From contig DBFBFY010000116.1 of assembly GCA_048201615.1 (NCBI GenBank), positions 1 to 35,986 of the forward strand: a DNA stretch of 35,986 nt. The letters are read 5' to 3'. Origin of the DNA: Collinsella sp. Its GTDB lineage: Bacteria > Actinomycetota > Coriobacteriia > Coriobacteriales > Coriobacteriaceae. A program made the position numbers and the translations under genes. A model generated the notes under the pieces. The model was given only the letters and a program-made list of their open reading frames with translations, was not told where the DNA came from and searched no databases. Below are positions 9,761 to 18,404 of this stretch, piece by piece (position 1 is the first letter of the stretch; each line of letters begins with the position of its first letter).

Positions 9761-9872
9761 GGGCGGCCCTTTCTCCTAGAAGTTTGCAACCATGGTAGCC
9801 GATTTGCGCATGGCCTCGCCCGCGGCGGTAGAATTGGTCAACCCGAAACACCGCAACGAACGGAAGACTCAC

Positions 9873-11291
9873 ATGGCCCTCATCACTTCGTACCACGTCC
9901 CCGGCCTTTACGTCGAGGACCACAGCATCGACGTCCCCCTTGACTGGCGCGGCCTGGAGCCGATGCTCCTGGCCGTCGGCAGCACCATGCGCCGCGGCGC
10001 TATGCCGGCACCAATCGCCGGCGCGCCCGAGAGCATCAAGCTCTTCTACCGCGTGGTTTGCGCGCCCGACCGCATCAACGACGATCTGCCGCTGCTCCTG
10101 TTTTTGCAGGGCGGCCCCGGCGGCGAGAGCCCGCGTCCGCTGTCGCCTACAAGCGACGGCTGGATCGAGGAGGCCGTCAAGCACTTCCGTGTGGTCCTTC
10201 CCGACCAGCGCGGCACCGGACGCAGTAGCTGCGTGGACGGACGCACGATCAAGGCACTGGGTGATCGCGCAACGGCCGCCGGCGCCGATACAGCACGCTC
10301 GCAGGCCGACTTCCTCAAGCGCCACCTCGCCAGCTCCATCGTGCGCGATTTTGAGTACCTGCGTCTGGTGGGCTTTGGCGGCAAGCCCTGGGTCACGCTC
10401 GGCCAGAGCTACGGCGGCTTTTTGACGTTGAGCTATCTGTCGCTCTTCCCCGAAGGCGTGGCGGCAAGCTTTACCTGCGGCGGCATTCCACACGTGCCAG
10501 CGAGCGCAAGCGAGGTCTACGCGCACACCTTCCCGCGCATGGCCGCCAAGACGCAGCAGTATTATGACCGCTACCCCGCTGACGTCGACCGCGTGGCAGC
10601 CCTGGCCGATGCGCTCGAGGCCCAGAAGCCCGTGCTGCCCGACGGCTCGCCGATGACGGTCGAGCGCCTACAGCTCATGGGCAGCGACTTTGGCATGAAG
10701 CCGAGCTTTGAGCGCATGCATTGGATTATCGATCACGCGTTTGTTACTGGCGACGGTACGCTTAGCTGCGGCTCCTCGGTATCCGACAGCTTTTTGATGC
10801 GCGCCTTCGAGCGCACCAACACGCGTACAAACCCGCTGTACTGGACGCTGCAGGAGTTTATCTACGCCGACGGCGACACCATGCCCATTCGCTGGGCCGC
10901 AGCAGAGGAGAAGGCCCATCGTGCCGAGTTCGACACACTCGCGCGCCCGCTCATGTTTACCGGCGAGGCCATGTTCCCGTGGATGTTTGAGCAGATGCCC
11001 GAGCTTATGCCGTTTAAGCCCGCCATGGACCTGCTGATGGAAGACACCAGCTGGGACAAGATCTACGACCCGCAGCGCCTAGCCTGCAACGAGGTGCCAC
11101 TCCAGGCCGCGGTGTATTTCGACGATATGTACGTCGATTCGGGCATGCAGCTCGATACGCTCAGCCGCGTGGGCAACTCGCATGCCTGGGTGACCAACGA
11201 GTTCGAGCACGACGGCCTGCACGGCAGCGCGGTGTTCAAGCACCTCTTCGACGAAGCGCTCAACCGCGGAGACCTGCGCCGGATCTTCTAG
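9873..11291 (+). CDS. Proline iminopeptidase (alpha/beta hydrolase, peptidase S33 type)
   Basis: LQGGPG, DQRGTGRS, GQSYGG nucleophile elbow, DDMYVD and C-terminal EHDGL. Likely start MALITSY at 9873. Confidence 0.88.
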   Translation: MALITSYHVPGLYVEDHSIDVPLDWRGLEPMLLAVGSTMRRGAMPAPIAGAPESIKLFYRVVCAPDRINDDLPLLLFLQGGPGGESPRPLSPTSDGWIEEAVKHFRVVLPDQRGTGRSSCVDGRTIKALGDRATAAGADTARSQADFLKRHLASSIVRDFEYLRLVGFGGKPWVTLGQSYGGFLTLSYLSLFPEGVAASFTCGGIPHVPASASEVYAHTFPRMAAKTQQYYDRYPADVDRVAALADALEAQKPVLPDGSPMTVERLQLMGSDFGMKPSFERMHWIIDHAFVTGDGTLSCGSSVSDSFLMRAFERTNTRTNPLYWTLQEFIYADGDTMPIRWAAAEEKAHRAEFDTLARPLMFTGEAMFPWMFEQMPELMPFKPAMDLLMEDTSWDKIYDPQRLACNEVPLQAAVYFDDMYVDSGMQLDTLSRVGNSHAWVTNEFEHDGLHGSAVFKHLFDEALNRGDLRRIF

Positions 11292-11445
11292 CTAAGGAGT
11301 GTCCCAAAGTGCCGGCACAGACGATATGAGCAGGACATAAAAACATTGAGAGCCCCTGCTGCATGAAAGACCGCGGATTAGGCCGACAATGGTGAGTGTC
11401 TAATCCAACCGTGGCGGCCACGCCGCATTCATGGAAGGGGCTCCC

Positions 11446-12558
11446 ATGCTCGATACTACCACCTTCATCGGCCTCGACGTCCACGCCCGCTCGATAAAGG
11501 CCGTCTCCCTCGACGTCATGACCGGGGAGGTACGTGCCGCGACCTTCGGCTACGACGCCGGCGCCGTCGCGGAGTGGGTCCGTTCCGTGGACCCCAGGGC
11601 CAGGTGCGTGTACGAGTCCGGGGTCACGGGCTTCGACCTGCAGAAGAGGCTTTCCGGCCTGGGGGTCGACTGCGCGGTCGGCGCCGTCTCGAAGATGATC
11701 AAGCCCAGCGCGGACAGGCGCAGGAAGAACGACCGCAACGACGCCGAGTTCCTCGCCCGCATGCTGTCGGTCGGCAACGTGGTCGAGGTGTGGGTCCCCG
11801 ACGACGAGTGCGAGGCCGCCCGCGACCTGACCAGGGCGCTCGAGGACGCGAGGGACGACCTCTCGCGCTCGAAGCAGCGGCTCTCCAAGTTCCTGCTCAG
11901 GCACGGGCTCGCCTTCGACGAGAGGACGCCCACCGGCCGCAGGAAGGGCAACTGGACCCGGGCGCACTGGTCCTGGATCGAGTCGATAAGGTTCGCGGAG
12001 AGGGCCGACAACGACGTGCTCGCCTACTACGTCGACGCGGTCAGGCGGGCGGCGGAGGAGAAGGCGAGGCTCGAGGGGCTCGTCGAGGCCGAGGCCCGCA
12101 AGCCCAGGTGGAGGAAGAGGGTCGACTCCCTCCGCTGCCTCAAGGGCGTAGACACCGCGTCCGCCGCCGACCTCGTGTTCGAGGCCGGCGAGTTCTCGAG
12201 GTTCAGGAATGCCCGCTCGTTCGCGGCGTGGGTCGGCCTGACGCCCTCCGAGCACTCCAGCGGGGAGAGCGACCGCAGGGGCGCGATCACCAAGGCCGGC
12301 AACAAGCACCTGAGGAAGACGCTGGTCGAGGCCGCGTGGCACTACCTGACGTGCTCGGGGCGGCCGAAGGGCCTCGCCAAGGGCCAGGCCCCGGACCGGG
12401 GCGCCCGCAGGCATGCCGCCAAGGGCGTGCGGAGGCTGGTCGAGAGGCGGGAGGCGCTGCTCGCGCGCGGGGTCCACGGCAACAAGGCGAACGTGGCCAC
12501 GGCGCGCGAGCTCGCCTGCTGGGTGTGGGCGGTCGGCCTCATGGCCGAGGAGGCGTAG
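11446..12558 (+). CDS. IS110-family DEDD transposase/recombinase
   Basis: FIGLDVH, VYESG and KNDRNDA RuvC-like DEDD residues; C-terminal GLTPSEHSSG...GAITKAGN; ORF intact. Confidence 0.96.
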   Translation: MLDTTTFIGLDVHARSIKAVSLDVMTGEVRAATFGYDAGAVAEWVRSVDPRARCVYESGVTGFDLQKRLSGLGVDCAVGAVSKMIKPSADRRRKNDRNDAEFLARMLSVGNVVEVWVPDDECEAARDLTRALEDARDDLSRSKQRLSKFLLRHGLAFDERTPTGRRKGNWTRAHWSWIESIRFAERADNDVLAYYVDAVRRAAEEKARLEGLVEAEARKPRWRKRVDSLRCLKGVDTASAADLVFEAGEFSRFRNARSFAAWVGLTPSEHSSGESDRRGAITKAGNKHLRKTLVEAAWHYLTCSGRPKGLAKGQAPDRGARRHAAKGVRRLVERREALLARGVHGNKANVATARELACWVWAVGLMAEEA

Positions 12559-12559
12559 G

Positions 12560-12850
12560 GGGCGGTCCCCCGCACATAAGCCAGTCACCCCGGAAGCGGT
12601 TCGATCCGAAGCCGTTGAGGCGAACCTCAGGTCCCTTTTCTGCGAGCGCCCAGGGCGCCACACGCGTGCACAGACTGTCGGTTCGACGTAGAAGCCTCAG
12701 CCGTAGCAACGGATTGCCCAGCGAGAGATCGCCGCGGGCGGATATTAAACTGCAAAGACGAGCGTCGGTAAGACACGCCGAGGTCGCCGCGGACGGGCTG
12801 ATATAGGGAGAGGGCCTGACCCCATATCGTTGGGGCCAGGCCCGATTTTG
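12560..12850 (+). ncRNA. Candidate IS110 bridge/seek RNA in the 3' non-coding end
   Basis: Structured ~290-nt region inside the IS with segments matching its junctions (GCACAGAC, ATATTAAA, CCTTTT, CATATCGT). The RNA function is inferred from IS110 family knowledge. Confidence 0.65.
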
Positions 12851-12924
12851 CCTCTTGACAATGTCCTGCTCATATTAAAAGGAACGTCCCCAAGTGCCGG
12901 CAGTGGGACCCCGCCGCCTCAACG

Positions 12925-12991
12925 AGTTGCGGTGAAATAAGGACTGTTAAAGGCTTTAAAGCCGCCAAACCATCCCTATTTCACCGCAACT
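12925..12991. repeat. 67-bp palindromic element, copy 1
   Basis: AGTTGCGGTGAAATAAGGA ... TCCCTATTTCACCGCAACT. A same-length copy lies at 17711 in opposite orientation. Confidence 0.8.
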
Positions 12992-13039
12992 TACGATATG
13001 CCGGCGTTACGGCCATCGCAGGTAGAGAACGGAAAGCGA

Positions 13040-13137
13040 AAACGCCCCTAAGCGAGCAAGGTGACGTGAATGAGGAGGGCATTGACCTTTTGGTCATGCC
13101 CGACGATTGAACGTCAGATTGCCGCTTAGGGGCGTTT
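13040..13137. repeat. ~100-bp multi-stem hairpin element (MITE-like or structured RNA)
   Basis: Outer 15-bp perfect IR AAACGCCCCTAAGCG/CGCTTAGGGGCGTTT, middle TGACGT/ACGTCA, apical GGGCATTGACC-TTTT-GGTCATGCCC. Confidence 0.65.
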
Positions 13138-13150
13138 GCAGCGTCGCGCC

Positions 13151-13178
13151 GTTACGCGGTTTGATAAAACCGCGTAAC
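13151..13178 (-). terminator. Hairpin directly after the lacC stop
   Basis: GTTACGCGGTTT-GATA-AAACCGCGTAAC, a 12-bp stem with no U tract. Confidence 0.45.
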
Positions 13179-13179
13179 C

Positions 13180-14115
13180 CTACAGTTCAGTCACGACAAC
13201 GCTGTTGTAGACCTCGTCCCAGCGGTCCATGACCAGGTGGCCGGTCTTGGGATCCATGGCGTTGAGCTTGCCGCAGGTATTGGCGGTCTTGAGCACCGTG
13301 ACGTCGTCGGCTCCAGCAGCAATGGCATGTGCAAAGCCGGCGATGGTCGAGTCGCCGGAACCCGTCGCGTTCACAGCCGCAATCGCGGGCGTCTTGGCGC
13401 GGAACGCGCGGCCCTCATGGAAGCCCACCGAACCGGCAGCGCCCATCGAAACGACAACCCAGGGGATACCGGCAAAACGGTCATCGGCGGCAAGCGCCTC
13501 GCGCAGAGCATCGACATCATCGGTCGTAAAGGACGTACCCAGCAGGCCGTTAATCTCGGTCAGGTTGGGCTTTACGAGCTCAGGCATAGCGTCGGACTCC
13601 AGCGCGGCCTCCAGCGATGCACCCGAGGTGTCGAGCAGCACCTTGGCGCCCGCCTCCTCGGCGATCTTGACGAGTTCGGCATAGTAGCCGGCATCGACGC
13701 CACGCGGCAGCGAGCCCGAAAGCGTCACAACGTCCGCCTTCGCTGCAAGCTCGGCAAACTTGGCCGTAAAGGCCTCGAGCTCGGCCGGGGCGATCTGCGG
13801 GCCGCTCTCCAGCAGCTCGGTCTGATTGCCCTCGTGCAGAATATTCAAGCAAATGCGCGTCTCACCGGCGATGGGCACAAAGTCGTTCTTGACGCCGTCG
13901 GCATCCATGAGCTCGGCCATATAGGCACCCATGTGACCGCCGAGCAGACCGGTCGCGAGCACATCGTCGCCCAACTGCAGCAGCACACGGCTCACGTTGA
14001 GGCCCTTGCCGCCAGCGGTCTTTTCGGGCGTCACACGGTTAACATCGTCGATGATCAGCTTATCGAGCTGATAGCGCGTATCAATCGACGGGTTCATGGT
14101 AACGGTCAGAATCAT
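13180..14115 (-). CDS. lacC: Tagatose-6-phosphate kinase (PfkB family)
   Basis: MILTVTMNPSID, AGGKGLNVSRVL, KPN and VNATGSGDS motifs; lac context. Confidence 0.9.
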   Translation of the reverse strand: MILTVTMNPSIDTRYQLDKLIIDDVNRVTPEKTAGGKGLNVSRVLLQLGDDVLATGLLGGHMGAYMAELMDADGVKNDFVPIAGETRICLNILHEGNQTELLESGPQIAPAELEAFTAKFAELAAKADVVTLSGSLPRGVDAGYYAELVKIAEEAGAKVLLDTSGASLEAALESDAMPELVKPNLTEINGLLGTSFTTDDVDALREALAADDRFAGIPWVVVSMGAAGSVGFHEGRAFRAKTPAIAAVNATGSGDSTIAGFAHAIAAGADDVTVLKTANTCGKLNAMDPKTGHLVMDRWDEVYNSVVVTEL

Positions 14116-14171
14116 ATTGAACTCCTGTTTCCGGGGCACGACACGCGCAGCCCCAAACATACGATAGCTCG

Positions 14172-15053
14172 TTAAAGGATCTCGATCTCAAAGCCGCGGG
14201 TGACGGTCTCCCCCGGCTTGGCCACCAGGCAGCCGCGCTTGTGCTCCAGAATATCGTCCTCGTCGGAGCAGGTGGACAGGCCGCCCCACGGTTCCACGGC
14301 CACAAAGTCGCCCTCGGGCTTGCTCCACACAATCAGGTACGGCATATCGGGGAACGTCAGGCGCACGCCCTTGTCCTCGGTCTTCTTGGTCAGCGTAACC
14401 ACGCGGCTCTCGAGCACGTCAAAGATGGTCTCCGCGAAGTCGAAGAGCTCGTGGGTCAGCGGCAGGTTCTGGTCGATCATGGGGTTCTTGCTGCGATGCT
14501 CAACATCAATCAGACCCGTCGAAGGAACGGCAGTACAGAGCTCGGCGGCCTCGCGCTGATCAAAATGGAGCTCGTAGTCGTCATAGGACTCGCCCTCGTC
14601 AAGCGGGCACTTAAAGCCAGGGTGGCCACCCACAAAGAACGGCATGTCCTCGGTGCCCTCATTGGTCACCTCGTACGACACGGCCACCTTAGCCGCATCG
14701 ATCGTGTAACGAGCAACGATCTTAAACGGATACGGGTACTGCTCGAGCAACTCGGCATGGTCGGCAGAGCTTAGGCTCAGCGCGACCATGTTGTCGCCCT
14801 GCTCCTCGAGCTTCCACTCCTGTTTGCGAGCAAAGCCGTGACGGGCGAGCTTAACCTCGCGGCCGCCCATGGTCATTGCGCGACCGTCACGAAGGCCGCC
14901 GCAGATCGGGAAACAAATGGGTGCCTGGCCCGACCAGACCGCCGGGTCACCCTGCCACAGGTACTCACGGCCGTTGGCCGTAATAGAAGTGAACGATCCG
15001 CCAGCCGTGCTCAACGCAATGCGGACAGAGCCGTTATCAAGAACAAACTCCAT
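14172..15053 (-). CDS. lacX: LacX-like aldose 1-epimerase family protein
   Basis: EYLWQGDP..WSGQAP..FP, RHGFAR, GGHPGF and VAVEPW motifs; RBS AAGGAG before ATG 15053. Confidence 0.85.
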   Translation of the reverse strand: MEFVLDNGSVRIALSTAGGSFTSITANGREYLWQGDPAVWSGQAPICFPICGGLRDGRAMTMGGREVKLARHGFARKQEWKLEEQGDNMVALSLSSADHAELLEQYPYPFKIVARYTIDAAKVAVSYEVTNEGTEDMPFFVGGHPGFKCPLDEGESYDDYELHFDQREAAELCTAVPSTGLIDVEHRSKNPMIDQNLPLTHELFDFAETIFDVLESRVVTLTKKTEDKGVRLTFPDMPYLIVWSKPEGDFVAVEPWGGLSTCSDEDDILEHKRGCLVAKPGETVTRGFEIEIL

Positions 15054-15256
15054 GGGAATCTTCTCCTTCACATATCATCTCGCACGATCCATTGTGAACG
15101 TCGTGCCTTTAGCAGAAAGGTAATGAGGCAGCGCCGCAAACAAAAGAACAATGCACTTCCAGCCCGCTGGGCCAATTGGGCTGATAGCAAACCGGCCCGC
15201 GCCCCATCACAGAAACGCGAGCCGTCAACGGACTAGTTAATTACGCCGGATACCCG

Positions 15257-15781
15257 CTAATCATGGTATTCGCCGCGGTCCCACTTCTCGAGGAACTCGT
15301 CAAAGAAGTGCGGGTCAGCCTGAGCCTCGGCGTCGGCCTTATTGCAGGCATCGATCTTGGCAATCAGGGCATCGTGCTCGGTGGTCTTCTCGTAGGGCTC
15401 CTCCAGGAAGGCAAGCATGATATCGGCCATCAGGAACTCGCCGGTGATCTTACCGCCAAAGCCCACGATGTTGGCGTTGAGCTCGCGACGGGCATACAGG
15501 GCAGAGGTCATGTCGCGAACCAGGGCGCAGCGGGCGCCGGGAACCTTGTTGACGGCGTTGGTGATGCCGATGCCGGTGCCGCAAAGGGCCACGCCAAAGT
15601 CGGCCTTGCCGCTGGCAACAGCCTCGCCCACGGCCTTACCGTAGATGGGATAGTGCGTACGGGTGTGGCTGTAGGTGCCGCAGTCGAGCACCTTATAGCC
15701 AGCCTGCTCCAGGCGGTCGGCCAGATAGATCTTCTCGTCCGTAACGATATGGTCGCAACCGATTGCGATGGTCTTCTTCAT
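15257..15781 (-). CDS. lacB: Galactose-6-phosphate isomerase subunit LacB
   Basis: [27 protein letters not shown] and [16 protein letters not shown]. Confidence 0.96.
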   Translation of the reverse strand: MKKTIAIGCDHIVTDEKIYLADRLEQAGYKVLDCGTYSHTRTHYPIYGKAVGEAVASGKADFGVALCGTGIGITNAVNKVPGARCALVRDMTSALYARRELNANIVGFGGKITGEFLMADIMLAFLEEPYEKTTEHDALIAKIDACNKADAEAQADPHFFDEFLEKWDRGEYHD

Positions 15782-15844
15782 CAGAACGTCCTTTCGTCTG
15801 AATTCACAAGTTGAGGTAGAAGTTCGAGTTCTCGGTGGCTCTCG

Positions 15845-16273
15845 TTAGGCCATCTTGTTGAGCATGTCGACACGGATCTGGTGACGGCCGCCGGCGTACT
15901 GGGCGCGCAGGAACTCGTGGGCGATCTTCTTGGCGACCTCGGTGCCCACAACGCCCGGGCCCATGGTGACCATGCGCGAGCCGTTGTGCTCGCGGGTCAT
16001 GTAGGCGGAACGCTCGTCGGAAATATTGGCGACGACCATGCCCTTAATCTTGACGGCGGCCATATAGGAGCCGACTCCGTACTTATCGAATGCGAAGCCC
16101 TGGGAATCCTTGTGCTCCAGCAGGTCCTTGGCAACGGCGGTCGCGGAATCGACAAAGTCCGCGGCAGGGGTCTCGGAATAGTCGACGACCTCGTGACCGT
16201 CGGCGATGAGCATCTCCTTGATGGACTCCTTCATCGACATACCGTCGGCATCGGAAGCGATTACAACCCTCAT
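15845..16273 (-). CDS. lacA: Galactose-6-phosphate isomerase subunit LacA
   Basis: SDERSAYMTREHN and YAGGRHQIRVDMLNKM; 142 aa. Confidence 0.96.
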   Translation of the reverse strand: MRVVIASDADGMSMKESIKEMLIADGHEVVDYSETPAADFVDSATAVAKDLLEHKDSQGFAFDKYGVGSYMAAVKIKGMVVANISDERSAYMTREHNGSRMVTMGPGVVGTEVAKKIAHEFLRAQYAGGRHQIRVDMLNKMA

Positions 16274-16367
16274 GACATCCTCCTTGAGAGATACGCAGGT
16301 GCGTAGTTTCTGTTTGGAAGTGTTGAATCGCGTTCAGGTCCGGGCATCTGAATGTGCGGTTCTTCAC

Positions 16368-16441
16368 TGTTCATGTTTATTTGAACATATTCGAACAGTA
16401 ACTGCAACAACTATTTGTTTATCTTTGTTCTTTTTGAACAA
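16368..16441. promoter_or_regulatory. lacA promoter region with putative DeoR/LacR operators
   Basis: AT-rich; palindrome TGTTCA-N8-TGAACA (16368-16387) and 10-bp-phased TGTTT/TGTTC (16416, 16426). Confidence 0.55.
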
Positions 16442-16504
16442 ATACCGTTCACGGATGATTGCTGACCGTTTGAACCGGGCGCGGACGTAGCGACCATGTG
16501 TTCA

Positions 16505-16545
16505 ACAAACAAAAGGGCGGCCAAGAACGTGTCTCGGCCGCCCTT
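16505..16545 (-). terminator. Intrinsic terminator
   Basis: Minus strand GGGCGGCCGAGA...TCTTGGCCGCCC-TTTTGTTT. Confidence 0.7.
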
Positions 16546-16579
16546 CGGCGGTATTCCCCGGTATATACAGCTGTCTTAG

Positions 16580-17593
16580 CTACTCGAACTGCCCACCCTT
16601 TTTGGCGTGCTTGGACGGAGCACTCAGAAAGCGGCCCGTCAGATAGTTCGCGGGACCGGAGATATCGATCCCCAGCAGGGTGTGGCCCAGCCACAGAAAC
16701 GCCACGAGCACCAGCAGCGGGATAACGCACGAAGTCACGATCATCACGATGACGCCTTCAATCAGATCGGTCACCTGCTGCACGATCTCGTCGGTCATCT
16801 GCTTGGCGCCGCTGGTCACCGACGTGACCAGGCTCGAGGCACCGTCGGCAAGCTGCTCAAGCACGTTCTTGGACTCTGTGGACCCGGTCTTTTTCTTGCT
16901 TGCTTTGGAGCTATCGCTATTTGCCGTACCCGCAGCGTCGGCCGCCTTTTGCTCGGCCGCCTCGATGCTAACGCGATACGTTTCGTCGACCTTCTGCGAC
17001 ACCCAAACGCTTGCAGGCACCAACGCCATGCCAATTATGGCGACCACCAGCACACGCGTTGCCACGCGGCGAATGACCGCGCTCGTGCTCCAGCGCCCGT
17101 GAATGCCGAGCGACACCGCAAAGAGCACCAACGCAAACGGGATTAAGATGCCCAGGCCAACCGACCACAAAATCGTGAGCAAATATTTCTCTAGGTATAG
17201 CACGGCAAGCACGATACCAAGGTTGCCCGAAAGCTGTGCGAGCTGCTCGGCAACCGGCGTTCCCGTATCACCCGGCAGCGCGGTAATACCCGCAGACAGA
17301 GCAACGCATGAAGCCGTGAGCGCCAAAACGTTGCCCTTCTTTTGGTCGATGACCTCGATGGTAGAGTCCCAAGTTTTGGTATCGGCGAAATGCGGACGAG
17401 CAACAAAGCCCGACAGCAGTGCCAGGACCACGAGCGCAACGATAAAGCCAATCTGCAGCTTTTTGTTTGTGCACACGACATCGGACAGACTGGGCTGCAG
17501 CTCGGTTACCGTCGTATGCTCGGTTATCTGGACAGGACGCCCATGAGCCATCTCGTGCGCGTCTCTTTTTTGTATTGACCCGTTATCCGGCAT
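16580..17593 (-). CDS. Uncharacterised multi-pass membrane protein
   Basis: Strong RBS GAGGAGG before ATG 17593; several hydrophobic helices and a polar loop. Confidence 0.8.
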   Translation of the reverse strand: MPDNGSIQKRDAHEMAHGRPVQITEHTTVTELQPSLSDVVCTNKKLQIGFIVALVVLALLSGFVARPHFADTKTWDSTIEVIDQKKGNVLALTASCVALSAGITALPGDTGTPVAEQLAQLSGNLGIVLAVLYLEKYLLTILWSVGLGILIPFALVLFAVSLGIHGRWSTSAVIRRVATRVLVVAIIGMALVPASVWVSQKVDETYRVSIEAAEQKAADAAGTANSDSSKASKKKTGSTESKNVLEQLADGASSLVTSVTSGAKQMTDEIVQQVTDLIEGVIVMIVTSCVIPLLVLVAFLWLGHTLLGIDISGPANYLTGRFLSAPSKHAKKGGQFE

Positions 17594-17710
17594 TTGGATA
17601 CCTCCTCAGTCCGGCGTTTAATGCGAAAGGAAGTATACCCACCGAGCAAAAATCGAACGGGAGGACGAACGGAGCGCACCAAGACTGTCCCCAATGACTA
17701 TCTCCGGATG

Positions 17711-17777
17711 AGTTGCGGTGGAATAGGGATTGTTTTGCGCCCGTCGGCCCCTATTCAGTCCCTATTTCACCGCAACT
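17711..17777. repeat. 67-bp palindromic element, copy 2
   Basis: AGTTGCGGTGGAATAGGGA ... TCCCTATTTCACCGCAACT. Confidence 0.8.
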
Positions 17778-17790
17778 TAGAGGAGGACAG

Positions 17791-17824
17791 AAAAAGCCCT
17801 GCCGCGGGTAGCGGCAGAGCTTTT
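17791..17824 (-). terminator. Intrinsic terminator after lacF
   Basis: AAAAAGCCCTGCCGC-GGGTA-GCGGCAGAGCTTTT. Confidence 0.7.
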
Positions 17825-17851
17825 GGAAGGGGACTTGGTTGTGAGGGCTCG

Positions 17852-18190
17852 TTAGGCGAGCTTGGCCTCGAGTTCGGCGATGCGCTTATAGGCATCGATG
17901 GTAAAGCGGGTCTGCTTCTCCAGGATCATAGTGGTCATGAGAGTGTCCTGAGCGTGAGCCATGATGAAGGTCATCTCCATCTCGCCACCGCCGGCCTCCT
18001 GCGAAAGCAGTTTGGTCTGCGTGTCGTGGGCACCGATGAGCGCATCGCTGGCATCCTTGTGCAGCTGTTCGGCCTTCTCAAAGTCACCCTCGCGAGCAGC
18101 ATCGAGCGCTGCAAGCAGATCGGTCTGGGCGTCACCTGCGTATGCGACGATCTCGAATCCAACCATCGAGATTTCTTCTTTGGTTGCCAT
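17852..18190 (-). CDS. lacF: PTS lactose-family EIIA
   Basis: GFEIVAYAGDA, AHDTQTKLL and MAHAQDTLMT (phospho-His); 112 aa. Confidence 0.95.
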   Translation of the reverse strand: MATKEEISMVGFEIVAYAGDAQTDLLAALDAAREGDFEKAEQLHKDASDALIGAHDTQTKLLSQEAGGGEMEMTFIMAHAQDTLMTTMILEKQTRFTIDAYKRIAELEAKLA

Positions 18191-18404
18191 ATTGCGTTCC
18201 TTTCACATATGAACCAATGGAGAGCATCGCGTCCGGGCATACGCGCTGCGTTGTGTATGACAGAAACAATAACATTCAAACAAAAAAGAACAGCTCAAAA
18301 CGTAATTTCGAGCTATGAACGGTCACTTTTCGCCCGTGAACGGTTTTTAAACCAATCTGAACAATATCAAACACAATTATCGGCAACCCAAACAGGACCG
18401 CACC

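Larger units (their letters stand above)
11319..12876 (+). mobile_element. IS110-family insertion sequence (IS1111-like organisation); ends approximate to within 2-3 bp
   Basis: Perfect 15-bp subterminal IR ATATGAGCAGGACAT (11324-11338) / ATGTCCTGCTCATAT (12861-12875). TTGACA sits just inside the right end. Encodes a DEDD transposase and has no exact target duplication. Confidence 0.9.

Noticed and set aside
11294..11317. 24-bp target-site duplication of the IS
   Set aside because: The copies differ at 3 positions and IS110 elements do not make long TSDs; better explained as a pre-existing repeat.
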